Source: Octopus vulgaris (Eukaryota). From it: a DNA stretch of 64,000 nt. Made by a program: the position numbers and the translations under genes. Positions 12,259 to 25,115 of this stretch are shown in pieces (position 1 is the stretch's first letter; the number at the start of each line of letters is the position of its first letter). Location of the stretch: NCBI GenBank assembly GCA_951406725.2, contig OX597823.1:107074001-107138000 (forward strand), in the 5' to 3' direction. Below the pieces are notes generated by a model. It was not told the origin of the DNA, did not search any database, and saw only the letters and a program-made list of their open reading frames with translations.

Positions 12259-12910
12259 TATTATCATCATCAACATCATCATCATCATCATCATCAATAT
12301 CATCATCATCATCATTGTCATTAGGTGATTGGTTGGCAAAATAGTTCAGGCGAAGATAATTTCTCTTCCAGTTCTTTACATTCTAAGTTGAAATTCTGTT
12401 GAAGTCAACTTAGCCCTGAACGATAAATTAAAGCACAACTCAAAACCTGGGTTACCGGAATCGATTAATCCTCTCTCCTCAAAATTACTGGCTTCGTTCC
12501 TCAATTAGAAATCATTATCTAAGGTCATGACCTGCGGGAGTTGTCAATGCATCAACCAATATGCTTAGCAGCGTTTCTTCTGACTCTTTACGATCCGGGT
12601 TCAAATACCACTTTGCCTTTCATCCTTTCGGGATCGTTAAAATATTAAAAAAAAAAAAGCTACCAGTCAAGTACTGGGGTCGATGTAATCAACTAACACC
12701 CTCCTCCGAAAATTTCTGACCTTGTGCTAAAAGCTCGAAGCAATTAGTATTATTAGGCAGGTAGCTGGCAGAATCGTTAGCACGCTGGACAAAATGCTTC
12801 TGAGTTCAAATTCTGCCGAGTCTAACTTGCTCTTCCTCCTTTCGGATAGGTAAAATAAGTGCCAATCAACTATTGGGTTTGACCTGTTCCCCGTTCCTCA
12901 AAATTGCTGT
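11700..12910 (+). mobile_element. Head-to-tail train of about five SINE-A copies (tail type 2) separated by ATT-rich tails
   Basis: Heads at ~11700, ~11928, ~12325, ~12525, ~12753, each with a B-box and/or the CCTTTCATCCTTTCGG core; divergence varies between copies. Confidence 0.8.
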
Positions 12911-14138
12911 AGAAGTATATCGGTTAGTAAGAAGTATTGTTAATACGTTGGCTTCTAGGGCAATTATTGTTATAGCTATTGTTGTTGCGTCTGTTGTTAC
13001 ATCTATCTATACTAGTATGGAGAAAGCTACTTATTAATTAGGTATGTAACAGTTACTAAAAGAAAGCGATTATTAAAGGCTTGACCGTCTGGAAATTGTT
13101 TATACATTCATGTTTCAAGAAATTTCCAATAATTTCGATTTCTGAAGTTCATTGAATATTTGAACTACCAGTTTTTCACAAATTTAAATATTCGTTGCAT
13201 TCACTGCGGAGTAGATTTAAGAAACAATGCTTATTCGTTGCAGGCGAAATTTTCCGTTTCGTTTGCAACACTCTCACTCCCTCTCGCCTCTATTTTCATT
13301 AAGGATAATTTAATGTATATTCATTTCAATGTTTTCATTTCAAGTTTTAATTCGCTATTTGAAAAAACAACATTTTATTCTGTATACGTTATGTAAAATA
13401 ATTATTTATTGAATGAATGACTGCTATTAGACAAAATAACGTTTTTTTTTATAAAATGAAATTTTTATAATAAACCGGTATATATATATTTTTTTTTAAT
13501 TAAGAAGGGATTTCGTTGGTATGGCTTTTTGGAACACTATAAGCTTTACAATAATACTTATGTGATCGCTGCTATTTCTAGCACGCTAAAGTTTGTTTAA
13601 ATTAGAGATATATTACAAGTACGATAACTTACTGAAAGTAATATTTACTAAGCAAGTGAGATTTTTTACAAATTGAAGTTTCCAAGAAAATTTACTTTCT
13701 GAACTTCCTTTTATTATTGAATATTTCAAGTTCACAAATTTTAATATTCGGTACAAAATAGTTTTTTAAAAAGCCTTCATTTACACGATCTTTTCATTTC
13801 AGGTTTAATTCATTCATCGTTTGCAATGTTCTCTCCCCTCTCTCTTTCTCTCATGCACGCACACACACACACACACACGCACAATGTCTCTCTAACATAA
13901 ACACACAAACTGTCTTTATAATATAAAGACACACACAATCCAAGTCCACAAGTATGTGTAATGTTTGTTGTTGTCATATATATTGTTGTTATGTATCCTG
14001 GTATGTATATTATGGTAATGGTTGTTATGGATGTCGTTATAGTTGTTATTGTTGCTATTTATGTCGTTGCTGTGGTTGTTGTACAATTGTTACAAATGTG
14101 ATTGTTAAAGTTGTTGTTATTGTAATGAATTAAGCCAT

Positions 14139-14355
14139 TCTTTTTCTACTCTAGGCACAATAGCCGAAATTTTAGGGGAGGGAGGGCAGTCGATTAGATC
14201 GAACCTAGTACGCAACTGGTACTTAATTTATCGACCCCGAAAGGATGAAAGGCAAAGTCAACCTCGGCGGAATTTGAACTCAGAACGTAAAGACAGACGA
14301 AATACTGTTAAGCATTTCGCCCGGCGTGCTAACGTTTCTGCCAGCACACCGCTTT
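14139..14355 (-). mobile_element. SINE-A copy (tail type 2) with 14-bp TSD
   Basis: Perfect ATGAATTAAGCCAT at 14125-14138 and 14356-14369. Confidence 0.93.
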
Positions 14356-14412
14356 ATGAATTAAGCCATCGTTACAGCTGTTTTGTTATACATGTTATTA
14401 TGCTGACACAAT

Positions 14413-14752
14413 GAAGGTGCATGACTTAGGGGTTAGAGCTTCGGGATCACCGTATTGAAGTAGTGGGTTCGATTCTCCGACGGGCCTGTGTGTTGTGTTC
14501 TTGATCAAGACACTTTATTTCACGTAGCTCCAGTTCACTCAGCTGTAGAAATTAGTTGCAACGTCACTGGTTCCAAGCTGTATCGGCGTTTGCCTTTCCC
14601 TTGGGTAATATCGATGGCGTGAGGAGGGGAAGCTGGTATACATGGGCAACTGTTGGTCTTCCATAAACAACCTTGCCCGGACTTGTGCCTCCGAGGGTAA
14701 CTTCCTAGGTGCAATCCCATGATCATTCATGACCGCCGACGGTCTTTTTACT
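14413..14752 (+). mobile_element. tRNA-derived SINE-B with CORE-like central domain
   Basis: A-box-like TGACTTAGGGGTTAG, B-box GGGTTCGATTCTC, then TGTTGTGTTCTTGATCAAGACACTTTA (CORE-like). Confidence 0.75.
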
Positions 14753-15619
14753 TTTATTATTGTATGTTCTGTTATCATGATGATGTGGAATGCATTCAAT
14801 CGTGTTTCTGCTTGTTGTCATCATAGTGAGCATCCTAGTTCGGCCATTAGGAGACCGGTTTATTTTGTTGCAATTGTAATAGCAGTGCTAGTTATGATGC
14901 CGTTGTGTTCGTGGTACTCATAAACTGTATGCGTTGGCGTACATTGTGACAACATAAAAGATGTTAGTGTTTATGGTAGCGGTAATTATGTTTGCTTCTG
15001 TGAAGATAAAAGTGTTGTGGGGCAGATATAGAGCAGCGGGTGGTATAGTCAGTTTCTAGTGAGATGTTATGAACATCGAGTGTGATGTTTGCAGTGCCCG
15101 GATTGTGATTTCGTTCTAAGTTTATACAGTCTCCATGTGAAAAGTCCTTCATCTGGAGTAGGTGATGGAGTAAACTTCGCTTCTATTTTGTTTTCGGAGA
15201 GGCAGTGGTGTGCGGAGGTTGATGTAGCGTTGTGGATGTAGTAGGGGGGGGGTGTAGAATGACGTGGAGTGGGGCAGTGGTGTGGGAGAGAAACTGACGG
15301 TGGTTAATGTCACAAAACTAGCATTCCAAAAGTATATGAAAAATCACGTTGACATATTTTCTAAACCAATAATTCAAATCTCCTACTTCACCCCACCATT
15401 ACCACTAGTCCTCACTCTAGACTCTCTCTCACACACACACACACACATATGAGAACACACACACATGTATGTACACACATGCATATACGCACACATTCAC
15501 AAACACCCTAACCTATACGCTGTGAGATATCTATGTTCTCTCCTCCCATGTCCTGTCCCACTAACCTTAACACTCTCCCTATATTTCAGTCTCTGCCCCA
15601 TGGTGCCACGCCACTCAGT

Positions 15620-16185
15620 GCCTCACATACGTCACTACTAATGCCACACTACCCACAACAATAGCTACACCACCACTACCACCACCACCACCACCACTAC
15701 AACCACAACCAACAACAACAGAAATGCCACCGCCATCATCACTGTCACTACCACCCACTGTAATCTTCTCCATCTCCCCCTAGTCATACCATGACCACCA
15801 CCTCCGTCACTGCTACAACCACTACCACTGCCATGAACGTCACCAACACCACCACTATCAGCACTAGCATTATTAATCACTACCACCACAACTACCACCA
15901 CAACCATCGGAACCATCTTAAATGCTAAAACAACCATTACAACAACCATTACTACCACCATAACCATCACAACCATCGGAGCACCCTAACTACCACCTTA
16001 ACCATCACAACAACCATTAATACCACCATAGCCATCACTGCCACCCATACTACCACTACAACCATTACTATCACCACAACCATCACAACTACCCCAACTG
16101 CCACCACAACCATCACAACCACCATTTACTGCTACCACAGCTCTCAGCACTATCACCACACTACCACTGATACCACCACCCTAAC
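15620..16185. repeat. Degenerate (ACC/ACT)n low-complexity tract
   Basis: Direct reading. Confidence 0.85.
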
Positions 16186-17050
16186 ACTGACTCATACACA
16201 ATACAACCGTATGTCAATGTCTTCCTTTTGGCCAGTTTTGGCAATTGCCTCCTGACCTCATTATTTTATTGTATCTTTCGCCATCCTCTTCCCCTTCCCC
16301 GTCCACCGTATCTGACCAAGCAATCATCCAGCCAACTCCCACATCACTTCCGTCTTCTGTTCCTCTCAGTTCCTCCACCCCCCACTGTGAAACAATAATC
16401 ATGTTACTGCAGCCAATCAGGAGGGAAACGGGGATGGGGGGGGGGAGAGAGAGAGAGAAGAAAAAGGAAGAAGGGAAAATAAACAGAAGAACAATCTTCA
16501 TAAAATTGTCAAGGAAAGAAACACAAAAAAAAAAAACAACGTGAAATATGTAAAAAAATATATATATTCCAAATGTGAGGAAAAAAATGATGAATGTGAC
16601 AAAGAACTTTTCTGTGTCAGTCACGTGGGATAATGGACAGTAACAATCACAACAACCACAACGAGAGTTGTTGTGGCTGCAACGAAGGTATTGAAATTTT
16701 ACACCACTACAGCCTACACGTTCACATCATTCATACCACTACAGCACATTAAACCACCTCCTCTCATATGGCCACTACATAAAGCAACACTCCTGTACTG
16801 CTACTACTACTACTACTACTACTACCACCGCCACAACCACTATCACTTCTACTACAACTACATCATTGCCACCACACACATACAACGACACTGTCTACAA
16901 TTTTTGATATTAACAATTACCACATCAACATCAACATCTATCAGCTCCATACTCAAAACTTTTCCATAACCGGTCCAACTGTTATGGCAACCATGAACAT
17001 AGTCACATCAAATAACTACAACCTACTACTATTACTACTACTACTACTAC

Positions 17051-17085
<35 letters not shown>

Positions 17086-17112
17086 TTCTATTAGTAGCAG
17101 TATATCACGATT

Positions 17113-17341
17113 GGCGGTGAGCTGGCAGAATGGTTAGCACACCGGGCGAAATGCGTAGCCGTATTTCGTCTGCCGTTACGTTCTGAGTTCAAATTCCGCG
17201 GAGGTCGACTTTGCCTTTCATCATCTCGGGGTCGATAAATAAAGTACCAGTTTCGCACTGGGTCGATGTAATCGACTTAATCCCTTTGTCTGCCCTTGTT
17301 TGTCCCCTCTATGTTTAGCCCCTAAGGGCAGTAAAGAAATA
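17113..17341 (+). mobile_element. SINE-A full copy with 15-bp TSD
   Basis: TATATCACGATTGGC at 17101-17115 and 17342-17356. Confidence 0.93.
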
Positions 17342-17427
17342 TATATCACGATTGGCACCAACACTATTAGAATTACGAGGCTGCAGTTTCAATAAATTAC
17401 CAAATACAACACAACTACCATGCACTG

Positions 17428-17651
17428 TAATACCTATTTCTTTACTGCCCACAAGGGGCTAAACACAGAGAGGACAAACAAGGACAGACAAACGGATTAA
17501 GTCGATTACATAGACCCCAGTGCGTAACTGGTACTTAGTTTATCGACCCCGAAAGGATGAAAGGCAAAGTCGACCTCGGCGGAATTTGAACTCAGAACAT
17601 ACGGCTACGTATTTCGCTCGGCGTGCTAACGTTTCTGCCATCTCGCCGCCT
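17428..17651 (-). mobile_element. SINE-A copy with a small internal deletion
   Basis: Reverse complement of the SINE-A consensus. Confidence 0.92.
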
Positions 17652-17865
17652 TACACCTGCAGCCACCACAACAACACTACCAACTCTACCCAAGCTAGTG
17701 ACTCTGCACTCATTCGAATACAACCAGCCCACAAAAACACCAGAACTATCAATAACATCTTTTCTAACATACACTAATAACTAATTAATATCACAATAAA
17801 CTCTACACCATTATTAACACTACATCAGGACACACCCTGTACTGATGTTTATTAATAGTAGATTT

Positions 17866-18670
17866 AAGGCGGCTAGCTGGCAGAATCGTTAGAATGCCAA
17901 ACAAATCCTATAAGGTATTTTGGTCGTCTTAGGGCAGCGAACCGGCAGAAACGTTAGCACGCCGGGCGAAATGCGTAGCCGTATTTCGTCTGGCGTTACA
18001 TTCTGAGTTCAAAATCCGCCGAGGTCGACTATGTCTTTCATCCTTTCGGGGTCGATTAAATAAGTACCAGTTACGCACTGGGGTCGATGTAATCGACTTA
18101 ATACCTTTGTCTGTCCTTGTTTGTCCCCTCTATGTTTAGCCCCTTGTGGATAATAAAGAAATAGGTATTTCGTCTGCCGAATTCAATTTCCGCCGAGGTC
18201 GACTTTACTTTTCATTCTTTCGGGGTCGATTAAATAAGTACCAGTTACGCACTGGGGTCAGTGTAATCGACTTACTACCTTTGTCTGTCCTTGTTTTTCC
18301 CCTCTATGTTTAGCCCCTTGTGGGTAACAAAGAAATAGGTATTTCGTCTGCCGTTACGTTCTGAGTTCAAATTCCGCCGAGGTCGACTTTGCCTTTCATC
18401 CTTTCGGGGTCGATTAAATAAGTACCAGTTACGCACTGGGGTCGATATAAGCGACTTAATCCATTTGTCTGTTCTTGTTTGTCCTCTCTGTGTTTAGCTC
18501 CTTGGGATAAAGAAATGGGTATTTTGTTCGTCTTAGGTCCTGACTTCCGCCGAGATAGACTTTACCAGTCATTACTCGGTGATTGCTAAAATAAATACCA
18601 GTTTTGCACTAGGATCGATGTAATAGAACAATCTCCTCCTCCCATGTAACTATATTAGAAAGGATTATCA
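17866..18670 (+). mobile_element. SINE-A trimer (17932-18517) nested inside an older SINE-A
   Basis: Old head 17866-17931, three young units, then the old body resumes at 18538; 20-bp duplicate GGTATTTTG(G/T)TCGTCTTAGG at 17914-17933 and 18518-18537. Confidence 0.88.
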
Positions 18671-19289
18671 AAAAATTAATTAAAAGATCTGTATCTACTG
18701 TACACCATATCCATCATTACGTTACTATTTAATACCTATTGCTACCAATACTATGCCACTATTAATACTACACTACTACTAACACTACTAATACTACCGT
18801 ACTAGTGACAATACATCATTTCCATTAGCAATACACTACAAGCAACTTCCATACATCACTGCATTTTTCTTTTTTTTTTTTTTTGAAGAAGGATGCTGTG
18901 AATAAAATGTTTACATTGTTTATGGCTCAATCCGCCTAGCTGTTAATAGAGTACACAATGCAGATACAACATTTTACCCCTGTAAAGAGAACACAGAAGA
19001 TGCAACGACTCACCACTTTAAGGAGAGTACACAAAGTTGAATGGCTTTCGGCTGTAAGTAGCCAATACACTAAAGGTCCGAGTACGGGCTCTAATGTAAT
19101 GTTGTGCCAAAGTAAAAGCGCTAACAACATGACAGCAACCTGTTTAACTGCATGTCAGTCCTTATTGATCAGCAGAGTTATTGCCAAAGATGCTCCAGAC
19201 ATGGCAACTCCGACATTTTACCGATACATTGTATTGTTACTAATGTGCCCTTTACTAAGATGGTAGGTTGCGATTTGAGCGAGATTTTC

Positions 19290-19505
19290 TTATTTCTTTA
19301 CTACCCACAGAAGGGACAAACAAGGACAGACAAAGAGATTAAGTCGATTACATCGACCCCAGTGCGTAACTGGTACTTAATTTATCGACCCCGAAAGGAT
19401 GAAAGGTAAAATCGACCTCGGCGGAATTTGAACTCAGAACGTAATACCAGACGAAATACGGCTACGCATTTCGCCCGGTGTGCTAACGATTCTGCTAGCT
19501 CGCCG
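19290..19505 (-). mobile_element. SINE-A copy with TSD GCGAGATTTTCT
   Basis: SINE-A consensus match; 12-bp direct repeat on both sides. Confidence 0.9.
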
Positions 19506-20233
19506 GCGAGATTTTCTGCTCCTTTTAACAGGTCGAATGACTGCGTTCACTATCCCACGCTGATTTGTACCTCTCTATGCATGACTAACTCGTGCAGTGC
19601 GCAGCTTTTGTACAGCACAGCCCCACTTAGTGATGATGTTGTTATTATTGATGTTTTGGGGGGATATTTTTAATGTTTGTGTAATGAAATGGACGAGAAC
19701 AGAACGCTTGAAAATTACAATTCTGTGGAGAAACAATCAAGTAAAATTCTTCGTCATATTTCGGAGTGAGATGCTGCAGGAACGTTTGGTACTTTGGATG
19801 GATTACGTTCTTGGCTTAGAAATTCAGATTACCGGAAACTGTTATGATTCTGCTGATGAGGGTGTCAGTGTTGCAGCGACCTAATAGTTATAAAGTGGTT
19901 GTGAGAGAAGGTTTGTTAAGCAATCAGAAAAACCTATATTTTGGACGTGATCGTCAGTGACTTGGGTGCAGTAGAAGCACAGACACAGATTTATGAGCAT
20001 CGTCTCTTGTGTTCTCCAGTTACCACTGATGTGGTGTTGGTTATAACAGAAATAAAGCATAAAATAATGATGAAACCATTCGTATATAAAGATCAGTATA
20101 TCGTCTTTACATATACAAGATGGTAGAGACATCCGGATGTTAGCAATGACACCTCATCATATATTGTATTATAGTTCAAATCCAGGATATTAATATACTG
20201 TAATAATGGCGAAATCAATGCAACATCGAGCTA

Positions 20234-21523
20234 CGAGGGACGTTCAATAAGTAATGCCTCTGACCCACTTACAGTTGTTGGATCTAGCTGACATTTTGCA
20301 TGTGCAATCATTTATATCTCTATAGAGTAAGTGGCAAATTACAGCTCTGAATTAATTGTGGTTTCTGATTTACAGGTGTTTGAACCGAGTCAAGTGTGAA
20401 ATGGAGCCTGTTGAGTGTCGAGCAGTGATCTGGTTTTTGTATTTGAAAGGACGCACACCACGGGAGACTTTTGATGAAATGAAAGTAACTTATGGTGATG
20501 ATGCCCCATCATATGACCTTGTAAAACGCTGGCATCGTGAATTCAAACATGGTCGGAACTCTGTTGAAACAGCTCCCACATCTGGTCGCCCATTCTGCCA
20601 TTGATGAGGCATCTGTCCGTCAAGTTGAGGCTGCCATTTTGGAAGATCGACGCATAATTATTCGCCAAATAGCCCATGAGGTCAAGATTAGTACCGGGTC
20701 TGTGGAAACTATCATTCATGACCATTTGCATATGCAAAAGGTGTCTGCCAGATGGATTCCCAGGTTGCTCACGCCTTTCCAGAAGCAAGAACGCGTCGAG
20801 TGCTCGAGGGTGAATTTGGAGATGTGCCAAGAAGATGAGTCAAAATTTTTCAAAAGACTGATTACACAGGATGAAACCTGGGTCCATCACGATGATCCAG
20901 AGACCAAAGCCCAGTCAATGCAGTGGAAGCACCGTGACTCACCCCCTCCAAAGAAGGCAAGGGTGCAGCCCTCCGCTGGCAAGGTCATGCTCACAGTCTT
21001 CTGGGACCAGGACGGAGTAGTGATGACAGATTTCCTGGCAAAGGGTACTACAATTGCAGGAGCCTATTATGCTTCACTTTTGAGGAAATTAAGAGAAGTT
21101 ATCAAAATCAAGTGGCGGGGCAAGATCAGCAAAGACATCCTCCTCCTGCAGGACAACGCTCCGGTCCACAACTCGCTTGTCGCCAAATCAGAAGCACAGG
21201 CGTATGGCTATGAACTCCTCCCCCATCCCCCTACTTTCCTGACCTTGCACCCTCTGATTTTCACCTCTTCGCAGTCATGAAGTTGTTTTTGAAAGGAAAG
21301 CGTTTCCCAGATGATGCAGCCTTGATTTCTGAAGTCACGTTCAGGTTGGAGGACCAAGCTGGGGTCTTCTACAAAAACGGTCTCCAGAGCTGCATCAAAC
21401 AATGGGAGAAATGCGTAACTCTGGGTGGTTCATATGTAGAAAAAGACTAATAACTGTGCCAAGTTTCGTTGCTCTATTGCTATGGGAAGTGGCTCAGGGG
21501 CATTACTTATTGAACGCCCCTCG
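20234..21523 (+). mobile_element. Full-length mariner (DD34D) DNA transposon, 1290 bp
   Basis: 37-bp TIRs (CGAGGGACGTTCAATAAGTAATGCCTCTGACCCACTT, 3 mismatches to the right arm); TA TSDs at 20232-20233 and 21524-21525. Confidence 0.96.
20401..21450 (+). pseudogene. Mariner transposase with two frameshifts
   Basis: MEPVECRAVIWFL.. HTH; WIPRLLT; ITQDETWV; LLQDNAPVH; HPP..PDLAPSDFHLF; frameshifts near 20590 and 21233; stop at 21448-21450. Confidence 0.93.
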
Positions 21524-21704
21524 TACATGTATTTTAATGATTAATTTCAGACATCTTGCTTCTAATTTCAAATAAAGATAGAATTCAATTTATCACTTCG
21601 GGGTCAATTTAATAGACAGCAATAATATGCAGGTTTCAATTCACTTGATTTTAAACTAGCAGTTCGGTTTCTCATCTAATGTGTGTATGTATGTTTATAT
21701 GTAT

Positions 21705-21759
<55 letters not shown>

Positions 21760-21766
<7 letters not shown>

Positions 21767-22960
21767 GACAGAAGTAAATAAACATCCTAATAATCATTAA
21801 ATTTATTTAAATCTTAAATTATGTATTCAAATCATTTATTAATTGTTATAATGTGATTATTTAAAATTTAGGAAACATGCCCTTTGCATTTTTCAATGCA
21901 AGGACCCTTCTAGGTTTGTTACTGACGAATATCCTCTGGTGAAATTTCTTGTCAAGTTTCTTACAGCAATCTCAAAATATCTGGCTTTGAAGATGCTTTC
22001 TTGTTTGGGTTTCTTTTTTTATGACGTGTTCATACTTGGTGATTGACTTTGCCTTAGGAGCTTTTTGATGTCATTCTCATCCAACAAATCTTGGGTCATT
22101 TTAACCGTGTGACAAGGAGCCCCATCTTCCATAAATAGTCTTCTTTAATCATTTCACCACTGGAGAAGATTGGAAGGAATTCTTTCTGCAATATGGACAC
22201 ATATCTATTTGAGTTTATGTTTCCCTCACACTCCACCAGCTCTGATCAACCATTGCTCCAAATTGCTCCCCAGATCAGCACAGAATAGCTGCCGTTCATT
22301 GTTGGTTGCAATCTTTTCACATCAACTTCTTGATCACAGAGTCTCCAGATTCACACTCCACCACTGTCAGGAAATACAGCAAATCTGGACTCATCAGAGA
22401 ATATGAACAGTGTCCCAAAATGCTAGTGGTCTCTCCACCATCTCATTGGTCCAAATTTTTCTCCGCTTGATGTTGGCTGGTCGAAGAAGAGGCTTCCATC
22501 TTGCTGCTCTATCATAGTAACCAAGTTTGTGGAGATACCTGACAGCTGTTCTGGAACTGACATCAACTTGTTCTACTATGTCAGAGGCCTTGCAACGGGG
22601 ATTATCCTTCACACTTCTCTTAGCAAAGAGATGGGTCCTGTCAGAGGACCCTGATTGATCTGGGTGAGGTGATGTAGACACCTTCTTCTCTCTTGTGAAT
22701 TGCAGAATCACTTTATTAACTGTAAATAGTAGGATCCCAATTTTTTCTGCGATTTTACGCTGGTTATGTCCACCTTCAGAATGACCCACAATACGGCCTC
22801 TTTGAAATTCAGACAACTGCAAGGCTTCTTTTGTACATGGCATGATATAGAACCTGAAATATAAAAATGTCAATTAAAATCAAACATAAACCTTTAAAAG
22901 TTAGAATAAACATAAAACGATGTTATATGGGGTGTCTATTGACTTCTGTCCTGTTTATGT
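21760..22960 (-). mobile_element. Tc1-like transposon, degenerate
   Basis: ORF 22394-22873 has LSEFQRGRIVG paired-like HTH and KPLLRPANIKRR; downstream minus-strand MEDGAPCH-like catalytic motif near 22115-22135; imperfect TIRs GACAGAAGT(A/C)AATA(A/G)ACA.CC. Confidence 0.85.
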
Positions 22961-23062
22961 ATTATACGGGACTTGACGCGGCTGTGCGGCACGTTGAATC
23001 CTGTTAAATCCCTAACAAATGACAGCATGGAAGACAATCGTTAAATGATGATGATCATGGTG

Positions 23063-23095
<33 letters not shown>

Positions 23096-23664
23096 TGTAT
23101 GTATGTATGCATTATATATATACATATATAAGTATTAGACATGTTATATAGGTTTTAGGTGCACTTTAGTGAGTAACTGTGTTCATATCACCATGCCTAC
23201 CTAAAATCTTTTAAGCATATCAGAATGAACTTTGCAGAAAAAGAAAAAAACTCAGCATGAGTTCTGATAACCAGCTTGCTATATTATGGATTGTTGCAAA
23301 AGCCAACATATCGAGTTCAATTACACCCCAAGGCAATTCAACACGCATCTAAAAACTAAATATATTTCAATAATCGATAATTATCTCCAAGTTTGTTCCT
23401 CATGTCGCGTTTAAAGAGATTAAAAACAACAACAAACTCTTTTTGATCTCATCTTTTTTATAAAGCCTAAGGTTCATACAGAACTCAATTGTTTTGCGCG
23501 TTAAGGTTTTTTTTTCTTTTCTTTTTTTGTGAGCGTCCCGTCTTTCTTAAGAATGAGTGAAGGTGTAAAGATCAAAGGATTCGGCAATTTCTAATAAGCT
23601 CTTGAATTTATATAATTTGCATACTTGTAGAGCAACGAATGTACATCCCTCCCTCCTTCTTGCG

Positions 23665-23700
<36 letters not shown>

Positions 23701-24075
23701 ATTCCTCTGTATTTGTTTCCGTTTTCTCTCTGTCTACATATCTACATATACATGAGCCCATGTGTGTGTGTATACGAATATAGTTATGTGCATATGTAAA
23801 CATCCACGTATGTATATGAATATGAGAGTTGTAGACATATATGAATATGTGCGTGTGGGTAGATGTGGATGGGGATCTGTGAAGTTATCACTCATAAAAC
23901 TTGATTATATTCTAGCTACATTCGCTTACCAATGGTTTCTGTCATATTTCCCACGAGCCCTTACAGTTTATTAGGAACAGCGATGTTTCAAATCAGTCAT
24001 CGATATTTCTTCACTCTTCACAGTCTCATGTCCCTGGATTAGCTGAAGTTAGTGGGTCTTATTATATATTTATGC

Positions 24076-24369
24076 GAAGGAACATGGCCTAGTGGTTAGA
24101 GCAGCGGTCGAGGGATCGCGGGTTCGAATCCCAGACCGGGTGATGTGTGTGTTTATGATCAAAACACGTAAGCTCCACGTGGGTCTGGCAGAAGGTAATA
24201 GTGAAACTTCTGCTGACTCTTTTGCCACAACTTTCTCTCACTCTTTCCCCCTGCATCTTGCAGCTCACCTGCGACGGGCCGGCGTCCCGTCCAGGTGGGG
24301 AACCTATATGCCAAGGAAACCGGGAAACCAGCCCTTATGAGCCATGCGTGGCCCGAGAAGGAACAAACA
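24076..24369 (+). mobile_element. tRNA-derived SINE (V-domain-like 3' part)
   Basis: TGGCCTAGTGGTTAG A-box, GGGTTCGAATCCC B-box, later CCTGCGACGGGCCGGCGTCCCGTCCAGG; middle part shared with 62530-62645 (reverse complement). Confidence 0.75.
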
Positions 24370-25075
24370 TTATATATTTATATTCTTCAAATTCTTCTAG
24401 GCATGACGAAACATATTGATCATACCTGCGAAGAAACGGCATTAATACACGCCAACTTTACCTCATCCGTGAATTTGTAAAAATACAGAACAAAGATGAC
24501 AGATTTTGGAACTTCACGCATCTGTTAAAACGAAGTAATTCATACGAAAATAAAAACAAAAATATTTTGATAAAAATAGATGAAACTTAAGCACACCATC
24601 ATTTTTTAAAATACAAAATACTTTAAGGAATATGTGTTCTCTATACATATGTGTGTATGTAGGGGGTGTATATGAATGTATGTGTATGTATGTAAATATA
24701 TGTCTATATATGTATACGTTTATTTTATCAAAGGTTGACAATTTACTCTAAGCTCTCTCGTAGTTGCAAAGCGAGCTTCTTAGCCATTCGCCCATTCTGC
24801 ACCGATCCCACTGCGCAGCATCTTCGGCAAGTTTCATTTCCTAGAGCGTTGGATCAATCCATGCATTATCAGAGTAATCGGAAACATCTAGCTGCCAAGG
24901 ATTTGTGAAAACCGATATATTTAGTTTACTGAAACCCCTAGTAATATTTACTGATGTACAAAGAAAAGAGTGGTCAGTTAGTTATGTAAAGTATGTATTT
25001 TAAGGCTGAAAAAACGGTGGGGATCATTACTGCTAAGCTACAAAAGTGTTTCCTATGTATGAACATGTGTGTGTA

Positions 25076-25115
<40 letters not shown>

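Noticed and set aside
17932-18517. Repeat-spacer-like array resembling CRISPR
   Set aside because: Units are ~170-230 bp SINE segments without unique spacers; eukaryotic context and no cas genes.
19597-20132. Short ORFs in unique-looking sequence
   Set aside because: No recognisable domain or consistent splice signals; may be decayed transposon sequence.
24084-24140. tRNA gene candidate (A and B boxes)
   Set aside because: No complete cloverleaf or anticodon arm, and it continues into a SINE body, so it is a SINE head.
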